A stretch of DNA of 64,000 nt from Squalus acanthias. Taxonomy: Eukaryota. Location of the stretch: the NCBI GenBank assembly GCA_030390025.1, contig CM059432.1, positions 112,408,001-112,472,000 of the forward strand. Reading direction: 5' to 3'. The notes under the pieces were generated by a model, which did no database searches, was not told where the DNA came from, and saw nothing but the letters and a program-made list of their open reading frames with translations. Numbering within the stretch: the stretch's first letter is position 1; the number at the start of each line of letters is the position of its first letter. A program made the position numbers and the translations under genes. Below, one piece after another: positions 11,536 through 24,510 of this stretch.

Positions 11536-14005
11536 ACATGATATGCCAGGTTGGCACCACTAACACCATAAAGTATTCCTACAATGCCCAAGCCATTCCT
11601 TTCACACTCACCACCATTGCAGGGGGTACAGTTATGATTCACTGCAACTCACTAAACCACTTCCAAAGGTGCACACAATCTGTTCAAGACCGGAAAGTGT
11701 TGAAAATAAAGATTTTTATGTTTGACACCACATTAACAGAAACAAGTGGCTACCCTTGTGTGTTGTTAGTTGGTATGATTGCACGAGGGTGAGTGTGAGG
11801 GGTGGCTAGTGAGATGGGGATGTGATAATGTAGATAGAGAGAGAGAGGGATGGGTGGACATGCAAGGTATGTTGCTGTAAGGATATGCAGGAGATTAAAA
11901 AAATTTTTTTATTCGTTTATGGGATGTGGACGTCGCTGGCAAGGCCAGCATTTATTGCCCAATCCCTAATTGCCCTTGAGAGAAGGTGGTGGTGAGCCGC
12001 CTTCTTGAACCGCTGCAGTCCATGTGGTGCGGGTACTCCCACAGTGCTGTTAGGTAGGGAGTTCCAGGATTTTGACCCAGCGACGATGAAGGATCGGCGA
12101 TATACTTCTAAGTCAGGATAATGTGTGACTTGGAGGGGAACTTGGAGGTGGTGGTGTTCCCACATGCCTGCTACCCTTGTCCTTCTAGGTGGTAGAGGGT
12201 GCGGGTTTGGGAGGTGCTGCCGAAGATGCCTTGGTGAGTTGCTGCAGTGCATCTTGTAGATGGTACACGCTGCAGCCACGGTACGCCGGTGGTGGAGGGA
12301 GTGAATGTTTAAGGTGGTGGATGGGGTGCCAATCAAGCAGGCTGCTTTGTCCTGGATGGTGTTGAGCTTCTTGAGTGTTGTTGGAGCTGCACTCATCCAG
12401 GCAAGTGGAGAGTATTCCATCACACTCCTTACTTGTGCTTTGTAGATGGTGGAAAGGCTTTGGGGAGTCAGGAGGTGAGACACTTGCCGCAGAATACCTA
12501 GCCTCTGACCTGCTCTTGTTGCCACAGTATTTATGTGGCTGGTCCAATTAAGTTTCTGGTCAATGGTGACCCCCAGGATGTTGATGGTGGGGGATTCGGC
12601 GATGGTAATGCCGTTGAATGTCAAGGGGAGGTGGTTAGACTCTCGCTTGTTGGAGATAGTCATTGCCTGGCACTTCTGTGGCGCGAATGTTACCTGCCAC
12701 TTATCAGCCCAAGCTTGAACATCGTCCAGGTCTTGTTGCATGTGGGCATGGACTGCTTCATTATCTGAGGAGTTGTGAATGGCGCTGAACACTGTGCAGT
12801 CATCAGCGAACATCCCCATTTCTGACCTTATGTTGGAGGGAAGGTCATTGATGAAGCAGCTGAAGATGGTTGGACCTAGGACACTGCCCTGAGGAACTCC
12901 TGCAGCAATGTCCTGGGGCTGTGATGATTGACCTTCAACCACCACAACCATCTTTCTTTGTGCTAGGTATTACTCCAGCCAGTGGAGCGTTTTCCCCCCA
13001 ATTCCCATTGACTTCAGTTTTACTAGGGTTCCTTGATGCCACACTCGAATTGGCTGAAGACTGGCTTCTGTGATGGTGGAGACCTCAGGAGTAGGCCGCT
13101 ATGGATCATCCACTTGGCACTTCTGGCTGAAGATGGTTGCAAACGCTTCAGCCTTTTCATTTGCACTCACGTGCTGGGCTCCACCATCATTGAGGATGGG
13201 GATATTCATGGAGTCTCCTCCTCCTGTTAGTTGTTTAATGGTCCACCACCATTCACGACTGGATGTGGCAGGACTGCAGAGCTTTGATCTGATCCGTTGA
13301 TTGTGGGATCGCTAAGCCCTGTCTATAGTATGCTGCTTACGCTTTTTAGCATGCATGTAGTCCTGTGTTGCAGCTTCCCCAGGTTGGCACCTGATTTTTA
13401 GGTATGCCTGGTGCTGCTCCTGGCATGCTCTTCTACACTCCTTATTAAACCAGGGTTGGTCCCCTGGCTTGATGATAATGGTAGAGTGAGGGATATGCCG
13501 GGCCATGAGGTTACAGATTGTGGTGGAATACAATTCTGCTGCTGCTGATGGCTCACAGCGCCTCATGGATACCCAGTTATGAGCTGCTAAGTCTGTTCTG
13601 AATCTATCTATGTGGCAGCCATATGGGTGTACAGCATAAAGTTAACTAAATCTGGCCTCCCGGGCAGCAATGAGCTTGGGTGCTGATGCCCTGTGTCCTG
13701 TGCAGCATCAGGTGATTGCGGAGAAGGTTGGTGTTGTTGTTGGTGCTGCTGGTGTGCTTGGTGCTGCTGGTGTTGGGGCTGATCGTGGTGAGATTCTGAG
13801 GACCAAGGTGAAACAGTATAAATGGCACCCATGTTGATGGAATAGATGGCAGGTGAAGTACAGATGACAGAAGCATTCTGTCAATGGTGAGGGAGTTCTT
13901 CCAATGAGGTGACGCTGGATGGAGACTTTGCTGGAAACACTTGCAGCCTGCAGAATCTGTGCTGGAAATGGACTGAGCAACAGCTTCTGCCTGAGGAAAG
14001 TGTTC
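11536..14005. mobile_element. Internally deleted Harbinger remnant split by a LINE
   Basis: 13606-14005 is homologous to 19790-19850, 21720-21913 and 22311-22440 (transposase start MGAIYTVSPWSSES.. polyQ). 11536-11890 resembles the intergenic and Myb-intron parts of the 17179-22843 element. Confidence 0.65.
11897..13605 (-). mobile_element. CR1/L2-group non-LTR retrotransposon, 5'-truncated, with an internal deletion
   Basis: ORF 11917-12951 has RT motifs GVPQGSVLGP, MFADD, LGVTIDQKLNW, YKAQVRSVMEY. Upstream ORF 13312-13566 (IPHSTIIIKPGDQPWFNKEC). A-rich tail near 11897-11916. Confidence 0.9.
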
Positions 14006-14007
14006 TG

Positions 14008-14760
14008 TCAGGCTTTTTGTCCTATTAGTTTCTCAAGTACTTTTTCTCTTCTGATCTTAATTACTTTAAGTTCCTCCCTCTTATTAGCCCCTTGGTTCGC
14101 CACTATTTTTGGTATGCTTTTTGTGTCTTCTGCTGTGAAGACAGATATAAAATATTTGTTTAAAGTCTCTGCCATTTCCTTATTCACAATTATAATCTCT
14201 CCTGTTTCAGCCTCTAAGGGACCAACACTTACTTTTGCTACTCTCTTCATTTTTACATACTTGTAGAAGTTCTTACAATCTGTTTTTATATTTTTTGCTA
14301 GTTTACTCTCATTCTATTCTCTCCCTTTTTATCAATTTTTTGGTCCTCCTTTGCTGGTTTCTAAAGCTCTCCCAATCCTCAGGCTTACTACTATTCTTCA
14401 CAACATTATAAGCCTCTTTTAATCTAATACTATCCTTAACTTCTTTAGTTAGCCACGGGTGGATCACTTTTCCCTGGAGTTTTTATTTCTCAATGGAATG
14501 TATTTTCGTATCACACTTCTGTGTTAAATTTCATCTGCCATGTGTCTGCCCATTTCACCAGTCTGTCTATCTCCTGAAGTCTGTTACTATACTCCACATT
14601 GTTTACCACATTTCCGAGTTTCATGTCATCTGCAAACTTTGAAATTATGCCCTGTATACCCAAGTCCAGGTCATTAATATATATTAAAAAGAGCAGTGGT
14701 CTTCACACCGACCCCTGGGGAACAGCGCTTTATACCTCACTTCAGTCTGAAAAACAACCT
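14008..14760 (-). mobile_element. CR1 LINE fragments
   Basis: ORF 14008-14250 VGPLEAETG..MAETLNKYFISVFTAED. 14510-14760 encodes degenerate VPQGSV/KFADD-type sequence. Confidence 0.8.
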
Positions 14761-14858
14761 TTAAGTGTCGCTTAAAGTTTTACGGCTACAGCTGCTATGT
14801 TTCGGAACAAGCAAATTATCAGTAAGGTAACTCAGTTCCTTAAACCCTGTAGTATAAC

Positions 14859-15823
14859 AAAAGAACATAAGAAATAGGAGCAGGAGTAGGCCATTTGGCC
14901 CCTCGAGCCTGCTCTGCCATTCGATAAGATCATGGCTGATCTGGTCTTGGCCTCAACTCCACTTTCCTGCCCGCTCCCCATAACCCTTGACTCCCTTATC
15001 GTTCAAAAATCTGTCTGTCTCCACCTTAAATATATTCAATGACCCAGCCTCCACAGTTCTCTGGGGTAGAGAATTCCAAAGATTCACGACCCTTTGAGAG
15101 AAGAAATTCCTTCTCATCTCCCTTTTAAATGGGCGACCCCTTATTCTGAAACTATGCCCCCTAGTTCTAGATTCCCCCACGAGAGGAAACATCCTCTCTG
15201 CATCTACCCTATCAAGCCCCCTCAGAATCTTATACGTTTCAATAAGATCACCTCTTATTCTTCTAAACTCCAGTGAGTATAGGCCCAACCTGCTCAACCT
15301 TTCTTCATAAGACAACCCCTTCATCTCAGGAATTAACCTAGTGAACCATCTCTGAACTGCCTCCAATGCAAGTATATCCCTCCTTAAATAAGGAGACCAA
15401 AACTGTACGCAGTACTCCAGGTGTGGTCTTACCAACGCCCTGCACAGTTGTAGTAAGACTTCCCTACTTTTATGCTCCATCCCCCTTGCAATAAAGGCCA
15501 ACATTCCATTTGCCTTCCTAATTACTTGCTGTACCTGCATACTAACTTTTTGTGTTTCATGTACAAGGACCCCCAGATCCCTCTGTACCGCAGCATTTTG
15601 TAGTCTCCCTCTATTTAAATAATAATTACCTTTTTTATTTTTCCTACCAGAGTGGATAACCTCACATTTTCCCACTTATACTCCATCTGCCAAATTTTTG
15701 GCCACTCACTTAACCTATCTATATCCCTTTGTAGATTCTTTATGTCCTCTTCACAATTTGCTTTCCCACCTATCTTTGTATCATCAGCAAATTTGGCTAC
15801 ATTGCACTCGATCCCTTCATCCA
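14859..15823 (-). mobile_element. CR1 LINE 3' fragment, young
   Basis: ORFs 15615-15905 (KFADDTKIGG) and 14953-15675 (RPHLEYCVQFWSP..RGDLIETYKI..RVVNLWNSLP); TTCTTATG-type tail. Confidence 0.93.
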
Positions 15824-17469
15824 AAAAGTATCTTCCTCTGAGGGTTCTCTGACTGGAACCTGTAACATAACAGTTCGGAAGTATTGTATACAGCTCAAAT
15901 ACCATAATTTTACCTTTTATTTAAGTTTTATTTAAAATAATCATATCAGTCATGGGAGTTGCAGCTTCATGTTAATTGCAATTGTTCTGATGCTGCCATC
16001 CATGTTTCTGAATTGCAAACTTTGCCTCTGTTTTTCAAGAGCATTCTGTTATTATTGTCATGTCATCCAGAACAAAATGCTTCCATTCAGTTACCTTTGG
16101 TGCCACCTATTAAAAGGGTATTGTTACTCCTGTAAGGTTATTAAGCATAACTGTAGAGTTCTTTCTATAATACTCAATGTAGTAAGTGTTACTCGTGTTG
16201 CAAAATGTCACCATGCCGTTTGCACATGACATCACCGTGAAATGATGAAAACAGAATTCAGATTTTCCTGAACTGAGTACTTTAATTTCCTGCTTTAGAA
16301 TTACAATGCTTTGCTTTTAAAATATTTGTCACCTTTGCTAAGATTGACCAGTGATGTTGTCAATCTGAGAGTACACATTTTGTTAGAATTGCATCATTTT
16401 GTTTAAAGGGACATACTAGTCATAACGTGCACTAAATTGTATAACATAATTACAGTAACAGATAGATTATACAGAGTGGCGAGAGCAACTAAAGTAAGTG
16501 TAAAATCCATAAAGCTTCATTGCTAATTGGTCTCAGTGAGTCTTAATTTGAATGATAAATATGGTCTTATCCAGCAGTCTGGTAGATCAAGCAGTTGACT
16601 GTTTAACTTCTAGCCTGCCATTTGAACTTGCTTTTCAGTTGGGTGAAGCTGGACAGGTGTAGCCAGGTTTTTGATGGAGTGCTGCAAAGTGGTGAGAAAG
16701 AAAACATAAAAACTGAGCTTTGTGTTGACCAGTGATAGACACATTAGCAGCACAAACTGTCTGCATGTTGACTATAGAACAATAGTAGATCGTAAGCAAT
16801 TGCCAAGGAGAGAACAGTATAAAAAAAAGCATTAATTTCCAATTTTTCCAAATGTTCTGTTACCTCATTCGTGTCCAGATGTCATATGAGAATCCAGATA
16901 ATGACTATTGCAGAGTATCCAACAGTAGGGACATCACAGCCAGAGTAAGGACTGCACACTGTGGCACCAGTTCTCTGTCCAATGCTTTCTTCAAACTCGA
17001 CTCCCCGCTGTGAGCATGCGATTGGTGAATTTACTTTGGTGTATAACATTTGTACAGCTCAAATACAATCATTTGACCTTTCATTTAAGTTTAAATTTAA
17101 AATAATCATACCATAGTAGGTGTAGTAATGCAATGCATTCCCTCACAGTAAATCCAAAATGTGGGTTGGGTGGAGCAAGGCCGGAATTTTCCTTACCGAG
17201 TTGGGTTGGATGCGTGGGGGCCACGTGGCGGGTGGGAACCGCGTTGTTCTGATGATCCTGCTCCTCAGAGCGACTTTCAGTTCATGGAGCCTATTAAGGC
17301 AGGCCTGCACATTTCCCGGCCCTATTAAATGGTGCGGGTCTGATGACGTCATCAATGACTCATTTCCAGTGGGGATATTTAAAGCAGCCTTGGCCACATT
17401 GCATTTGAAGGATCATCTAGGAGTGTGCAGGGAGGATATTGCAGGATCTTATTGCTCACACTTCAAAAC

Positions 17470-19525
17470 ATGACTTCCCAAAGACAGGGCTGCAACCTGC
17501 TTTTCCGATGACTCCCTACATATTCTTGTGGAGGGAGTCAGAGCACGCAGGGAGGTCCTCTTCCCTGCTGATGGGTGGAAGAGACCTCCCCAAGAGACCA
17601 AAAGAACCTCGCTCTAAATATCTGAGGAGGTGAACAGCAGGGATGTGGGTGCAGTACCAGAAGCGCTTCAGTGATCTGATGAGATCAGGAAAGGTGAGTG
17701 CAAAGCCACACTCGCCTTCATCCTGCTGTGCCTGTCATCACATCCCCATCACTGTGCCTTCCCAAGCCTGCTCCTGCACATTCTTACTCACACCAACATA
17801 CCTTGCACGTCCACCCATCCCTCTCACTCTATCTACATTATCACATCCCCATCTGTCTAATCACCCCTCACACTCACCCTCATCCTAATGCAATCATACC
17901 AACTAACAACACACAAGGAGGCCACTTGGCATTGGCACTTTGGCATTGGCACCACACTCCGTTAGAGTCACCCTCTAAAGATGTAACCCACACATTCCTT
18001 ACACTCATTCCATCACTCTCACTCAAACTTCTCTTCTTTCCCTCCTTGCAGGAGAAACAAGCACACAACAACAGGGTGACGGAGAGAACCGGAGGTGGCC
18101 CTCTATCCTTCACCACTTTAACTCCAGCAGATGAGGTCGCCCTGGAGATGTCAAGAGTTACAGAGCTGGTGGTGGTGGGAGACAGTGAGAGGGGGACCGC
18201 TCAGCAACCTGGTGACAGAATTACATCTCATACAGCCACATGGCATACAGCAGTCACTCATATGGTGACTGATGCCAGCAGCCAGTGAATGTTCATCATG
18301 TGGATAATGGTATCGTTACCTATTCTTAATATAACATTTCTAAATCATCTCTTTACTCTCCCACAGGTCCATCAATAGGCCCCACCCTTGTCCAGCCGGA
18401 GGAGGAAGACGACTCCTCAGAGGAGCCTCCAGCCTCTGAGGGCGCACCGTCACCAGACCTAAGCACACCCAGCACCAGCACAGATACGCACACCTCGGTG
18501 GGTGCCACGCGAGATAGAGTAGTGTTGTCACCGGGTCTGTCACAAATCCCAAGTGAGCAAGAGGAGATGGTGGAGACAGGGACAGCAGTGGAGACTCCTT
18601 GCCGGAGGGCGCAGGACGCTCCTAGCTCTGCTCAGCTGCATGCAGAAGCTGAGGCTCGGGGGCCATCAAGAAAGAGGGCGATCCTGGAGGTGCAGCAAGA
18701 AACATAGAAGATAGGAGTAGGCCATTCGGCCCCTCGAGCCTGTTCTGCCATTTAATGAGATCATGGCTGATCATCCAAATTCAGTACTCTGTCCCTGCTT
18801 TCTCCCCATATCCCTTGATCCCTTTAGCCTTAAGAAATATATCTAACTCCTTCTTGAATATATTTAATGAATTGGCCTCAACTGCAGGAGGCTCTGTCAG
18901 GTTTTGCGGCCGCGATGTCTGCAAATGTGCAGAGGATGGAGGAGTCTATCTCCAACATGAGCACCACCATGTCGCAGGCGATGGGGATGGTATGCTCTTC
19001 CATGGAAAGGATGGCCACCTACATGGAGCAGCTAATGCGCCACTCATATGAGCACATGCTATCTATGGACAACAGATGGCAGAGGCTCATAGACCTCCTG
19101 TCTAGGAGGTTTGTAAACGTAGACTTGGATCCTCATGGCCCCACTGCTGTGTAGCAAGGTGCTCTCCAGCTCCTTGCTAGCAGGGAAGTGCGAGTGGCCC
19201 ATGAAAGGGATGATGGTGAGAGGGGACATGGAAGTGGGGGCTCCTCTCAAAGCGCTCACACTTCTCCCCTGTTGCCCGCCCCCCTCAGCCAGAGCCCCAG
19301 ATGCCTCCTCGGTTTGCGATGGCCAACTCTGCCCCTGCATAGTCGCAGGAGCAACAGACTTTGACGGGGCCATCACAGGCTCCAAAACCCAGAGGATGTC
19401 TGCCAAAAGTGTCTACGCAGTTGCAGCAGGGAAGTGAGCAGGCTGTCTCTACCTCTGCTGAAGCCACAGGGGTTGCACCTCGTAGAAGTAGGTGTAAACA
19501 AAAAATGTCACAGAAGTAGATGCAC
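17470..19525 (+). pseudogene. Harbinger Myb/SANT-like DNA-binding protein gene, 3 exons, disrupted
   Basis: Exon 1 ends WVQYQKRFSDLMRSGK|gtgagt (17693). Exon 2 18052-18211 (160 nt, EKQAHNNRVTERTGGGP). Exon 3 starts 18368 after ..cccacag and is interrupted by a CR1 tail at ~18701-18882. Outer ends approximate. Confidence 0.75.
18701..18882 (-). mobile_element. CR1 3' tail fragment inside Harbinger Myb exon 3
   Basis: aacatagaagataggagtaggccattcggcccctcgagcc.. matches the other CR1 tails. Confidence 0.8.
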
Positions 19526-19817
19526 AAGGGTAAGCATATGGGTGTTTAAAAAATTGTTATTGTTAAGGTTCCGCTACTGTTATGACACATATAAAACTAT
19601 TTATTTTCACCACTTTCCATTCATGCCCATTTTTGTCTGCTACTTTGGAAGTGGCTTAGTGAGTTGGAGTGAATGGTGAGACATAACGTTAACTCCAGCA
19701 ATGGGGGTCAGTGTGAAAGGAATGGCTTTGTCATTGTATGGATGCTTTATGGTGCTTGGGGGGGGGGGGGGGTTGCTGGCACAGCATGTGGCAGCCATAT
19801 GGGTGTAATGCAAGAAG

Positions 19818-21897
19818 TTAAGTAAATCTGGCCATGATGGCAATGTGCTCCAGTGCTGCTGGCATCTGGATCTCAGGTTCCTCCTGCTCCTGCTCCTGCT
19901 CCTGCTCCTCCTCCTCGTCTTCTAGCTGATGCTCCTCTTCCTCTGAAGATGGTGTGCGCTCTGCGCCTTGCTCCTCATGCAGCTGTAATCCTCGTTGCTG
20001 AACTAAGTTGTGCAGCGCGCAGCAGACGACTGCGATTCTGGAGACCCTGGCTGGTGTGTACTGAAGGGCTCCTCCAGTTCTTTCAAGGCATCTGAAGCGC
20101 ATCTTCAGCATGCCTATTGTTTGCTCTATGACACATCTGGTGGACATGTGGCCTTCATTATAGTGCTCCTGAGCCTCATTGCTTGGCCTCCTCAAGTTTG
20201 CTGATGATACAAAGCTAGGTGGGAATTTAAGTTGTGAGGAGGATGCAAAGAGGCTTCAAGGGGATATAGACAGGCTAAGTGAGTGTGCAAGAACATGGCA
20301 AATGGAATATAATTTGGAGAAATGTGAAGTTATCCACTTTGGTTGGAAAAATAGAAAATCAGAGTATTTTTTAAATGGTGAGAGATTGGGAAATGTTGGT
20401 GTTCAGAGGGACCTGGGTGCCCTTGTACACAAATCACTGAAAGTTAACATGCAGGTACAGCAAACAATTAAGAAAACAAATGGTATGTTGGCCTTTATTA
20501 CAAGAGGATGTGAGTATAAGAGTAAAGACGTTTTACTGCAATTATATCGGGCCCTGGTGAGACCACACCTGGAGTATTGTATACAGTTTTGGTCTCCTTA
20601 CCTAAGGAAGGATATACTTGCCACAGAGGGAGTGCAACGAAGGTTCACCAGACTGATTCCTGGGATGGGGGGATTGTCCTAGGAGGAGAGATTGAGTAGA
20701 CTGGGCCTATATCCTCTGGAGTTCAGAAGAATGGGAGGCGATCTCATTGAAACACACAAAATTCTTACAGGGCTTGACAGGGTAGATGCAGGGAGGATGT
20801 TTCCCCTGGCTGGGGAGTCTAGAACCAGGGGTCACAGTCTCAGAATAAGGGGTCGGCCATTTAGGACTGAGATGAGGGGAAGTTTCTTCACTCAGAGGGT
20901 GGTGAATCTTTGGAATTCTCTACCCCAGAGAGCTGTGGAGGCTCAGTCATTGAGTATATTCAAGACAGAGATCGATAGATTTTTGGATATTAATGGAATC
21001 AAGGGATATGGGGATAGTGCAGGAAAGTGGAGATGAGGTAGAAGATCAGCCATGATCTTATTGAATGGCGTAGCAGGCTCGAGGGGCCGAATGGCCTACT
21101 CCTGCTCCTATTTCTTATGCTCTTATGTTCAAGGGTGTCGTGAGCTACGTCTTCAGTGGATAGCCCTTGTCTCCAAGCAGCCAGTTTTTGTTTGCCAGTG
21201 CGAAATGGCACATGACAAAAGAATCATGACAGCGGCCAGGGAATTTGGCGCACACATGCATGATGATCTCACTATGGTTGCAGACGAGCTGCACATTGAG
21301 GGAGTGGAAGCCCTTGCGGTTCACAAACTCTTCTGGGTGATGTGGGGGTGCCCTGATGGCCACGTGTGCATTCGTTGATATCCTGCACACGGAGAGACAA
21401 AGCCGAGCACTCGTTCATTAACACTGGCTTCATCAGTGGCAAAATTCACATAATTGGCTGAAATGTCAATCATGGCATCGGTGACCTGTGTGATGCCGCA
21501 AATGTCTGTTGCAGATCCCTGGAACGAGCCTGAGACGAAGAAGTTGAGGGCGATGGTGACTTTGACAGCCACTGGCAAGGTGTGTCCACCAGTTCCTCTG
21601 GGCTGCAGCTGCAAATGTCGGCGACGACCTGGCTTGATAGCCTGAGCCTCCTTTGGCACTGCTGCTCAGTCATGTTGAGGAAGCTCATCCTCAGCCTGTA
21701 TACTCTGTGTTGGGGTATCGCCTCCGGCGCGGTACAGCCCTGTGCTGATGCCCTCTGTCCTGTAGAACATCAGGTCGTTGAGGAGAAGGTTGTTGGTGCT
21801 GTTGCTGCTGCTGCAGGTATGCCTGGTGCTGCTGGTGTTAAGGCTCATCCTGGTCCGATTCTGAGGACCAAGGTGAGACAGTATAAATGGCACCCAT
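19818..21897 (-). pseudogene. Harbinger (HARBI1-like) DDE transposase pseudogene
   Basis: Motifs [77 protein letters not shown]. Frameshifted and split by CR1 at 20191-21128. Confidence 0.9.
20191..21128 (+). mobile_element. CR1 LINE 3' fragment inserted in Harbinger transposase
   Basis: ORFs 20179-20682 and 20692-21036 (KFADDTKLGG..RPHLEYCIQFWSP). Tail tttcttatgctcttatgt. TCAAG on both sides; removal restores LTTPLRRPSNE. Confidence 0.92.
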
Positions 21898-21913
21898 GCT
21901 GATATAATAGATG

Positions 21914-22298
21914 TGATGCGGAGATGCCGGTGTTGGACTGGGGTGGACAAAAGTGAGAAGTCGCACAACACCAGGTTATAGTCCAACAGTTTTATTTGAA
22001 ATCACAAGCTTTCGGAGCGGCTGCTCCTTCGTCAGGTGAAGTAAAGGAATACAAATCGACAAAGCATATATAGATAGAGAACAATGCATGTGTAACGGAC
22101 AATGGCAGACGACTACATTCAATCCTCCTGACTGCCTTTTGTCACACCTCGGCAGATAAACAATCAGGTCAGCCAGGAAGGCACCACATCAAAGACATAG
22201 CAAGATACAACTGAGACAATGAGGTGGGGTTACAGGGGGTCTAATGTGTCAAAAGCTGCAGTCGGTATGGAAAACGATAAACTTTAAAATTTTTACTT
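21914..22298 (-). mobile_element. Penelope-like element 3' end (pseudo-LTR) insertion
   Basis: 12-bp TSD ATATAATAGATG (21902-21913, 22299-22310). Homologous to 43782-44040. The empty site is visible in the paralogous Harbinger at ~13830-13860. Confidence 0.88.
22002..22039 (-). ncRNA. Minimal hammerhead ribozyme motif
   Basis: Minus strand: UCAC-CUGACGA-A-GGAGC-agcc-GCUCC-GAAA-GC-UU^GUGA. Conserved core, 5-bp stem II, stem I UCAC/GUGA. Confidence 0.75.
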
Positions 22299-22979
22299 AT
22301 ATAATAGATGGCAGGTCAAGTAGAGATAGGAGGAGCAATCTGTCAATGTTGTGATAGTTACTAGTAATGTGGTAAGAGTGGCTTCCGAGGTTGCAGAAAA
22401 GACTTGCAAATTCTAGACACCTAAATCTGTGTTCAAACTGGAGTCAGCAAGAGCTTTTCCGTTAGGCAAGTAATGAGGCGTCATGTGGGAGCATTTATTG
22501 GGATTTCCATGCTGTGCATTAATGACCTCGATCAATGGCCGCTGAACTTCCGCCTCAGGTTGACAGACGTGGTTCCTGGGCTGCGTGATTCCCGTGGTCA
22601 TCCAGTGAAATTCAAAAGGTCTGCTTAAAATCCCTGTTAAGGGTCTCACAACAAGGTTTTAACGAGATTAATTCGGTTGCCCGCCTCTGCTGTTCGGGTC
22701 GGTGGCGTGCTGGCAAACGCGCCTGAGTTAAAGGCACGAGGAGGCGGGATGACGGCACGTTCCCAACGCGCTCCCATTTTCTGCGAATTTTACTACCAAC
22801 CCGCCTCCAAACCCGCGTGCACGGCAGCGAGAAAATTCCGGCCCAAGTGTTTCGCAAAAAGAGAGTAAGAGAACGTTTTGAAGATAGGTCACCCAAGGCT
22901 TCTCTTGCATGGCATATTAAAAGCAATAGTTTGCTTCCCTTCCTTCTTTGTCTGGGAATAGAATTTAAAAAAAGAGAGG

Positions 22980-24510
22980 AATCATGGAATATTCCAACAC
23001 AGAAAACGGCCTTTCTAGTTGTCAAGCCTGTGCCAGTGTTCCTCTCCAGTCTCCAATACCCTTCAATATTCCTCTTTTTCAAATAAATAATTGCATTTTA
23101 ATTATGGATTTTGTTTCAACAACAGTTTTTTTTAATCATTCACAGGTTTATTGCCCATCCCTAATTGCCCTTGAGAAGGTGGTGGAGGGCCACTTTTAGA
23201 GGGCAGTTAAGAGTCAACCACATTGTTGTGGATCTGGAGTTACATATAGGCCAGACTGGGTAAGGAAGGCAGATTTTCCTCCCTAAAGGACATTAGTGAA
23301 CCAGATGGGTTTTTACAACAATCTGATCGTTTCATGGTTACCATAGCTTTTTGTTTAGGTTCCAGATTTATTTAATTAACTGAATTTAAATTCCACAGCT
23401 GCCATGGTGGGATTTGAACTGTGGCTCTTGGATCATTAGTCTAGGCCTCTGGATTATTAGTCCAGTAACATAACCACTATGCTACCGTACCCCGTATTGC
23501 GGCAGTGTATTCCACCTTCTAATCATTCTCTGTAAAGAATTTTATTCGCCCTCGCCCTTTAATTCTTTTTGTGATAATTTGTGTCCTCTTATTTCCATGT
23601 TGCTGATCAGTGGAAACAATCTATCACTATTGATCTTATCATATCCCTTCATAATCTTGATGACCTCCAGCAGATCCCTTCGCCTTTAACCTTCTCAGGT
23701 CTACCATAAAAGCTCTAACTTCAAGACTTTCTTCATAACTTACCCCTCAACACTGGCAATATCCTTGTAAATATATGCTGCGCGTTATACATTAGCATTT
23801 ATAACCTTATAATGAGTTGCCCACAACTGTAGCCTAAGGTTTTGTACAAGCTCAGCGTTATCCCCTTGCTTTTGTATTCTTTGCCTATAATTGCAAAGCC
23901 AAACATTCAGTTTTCTTCTTTTATTGCCATATCTATCTATAAATCAGATCTCTCTGCTCCTCTACTCTATTTAGAATTTTGCCATTAAAGAAGTATTTCC
24001 TTTCATTATTCTTCCTTGCAAAATGCATTACTTCACATTTTTTCTATATCAAACTGCATCTGCTACCTATCTTCCCATCCTGCTAGCCTACATACGTCTT
24101 CCTGCAGTATCTCAGAATCTCCACTGCAATTTCTCATACCCCTCCCCCAATTTGCGCTCTCTCTCAATTCCTAAATCCACATGTTTTATGTCTATTGTAA
24201 ACAAATAAGAGCGGTCCCTAGACAGATTTTTAGTCTTAAAAACTTTCCTTTACTCCTACCCGTTTCATTCTGCCCTCCAGCCACCTCTCAACCTATGTGG
24301 CCACATTCCCTTTAGTTCGATTTACCATTATTTTTTCCATAAGTCCTATATGTAGCACCTTATTGAATGCTTTTTGAAAATCCACATCCACTGCATTTTC
24401 TCAGTTAGTTCTTTGAACGTTGGTCAAGCAGAACCTCTTTTTTTAGAAATCTACGCTAATGGTGCTGACTAACTCATGTTTCTCCAGGTGCTTGGTAATT
24501 TATCCTGTAT
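22980..24510 (-). mobile_element. Old, degenerate CR1 LINE interrupted by a SINE
   Basis: Decayed CR1-like phrases (aaagccaaacattc, aaaatgcattacttcacatt, ccttattgaatgctttttgaaaatcc) in the same order as in younger minus-strand copies. Confidence 0.55.
23125..23495 (-). mobile_element. tRNA-derived SINE with a tail shared with the LINE at 11897-13605
   Basis: Minus strand: A box GGTAGCATAGTGG, B-box-like AGTTCAAATCCC, 3' end CCACCACCTTCTCAAGGGCAATTAGGGATGGGCAATAAA. A fragment of the same family is at 11472-11535. Confidence 0.8.

Larger units (their letters stand above)
17179..22843. mobile_element. PIF/Harbinger DNA transposon, full-length but degenerate: Myb gene on +, transposase on -
   Basis: 13-bp perfect TIR GGCCGGAATTTTC (17179-17191) / GAAAATTCCGGCC (22831-22843), flanked by CAA on both sides. 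Two convergent genes. Contains two CR1 insertions and one PLE insertion. Confidence 0.9.
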
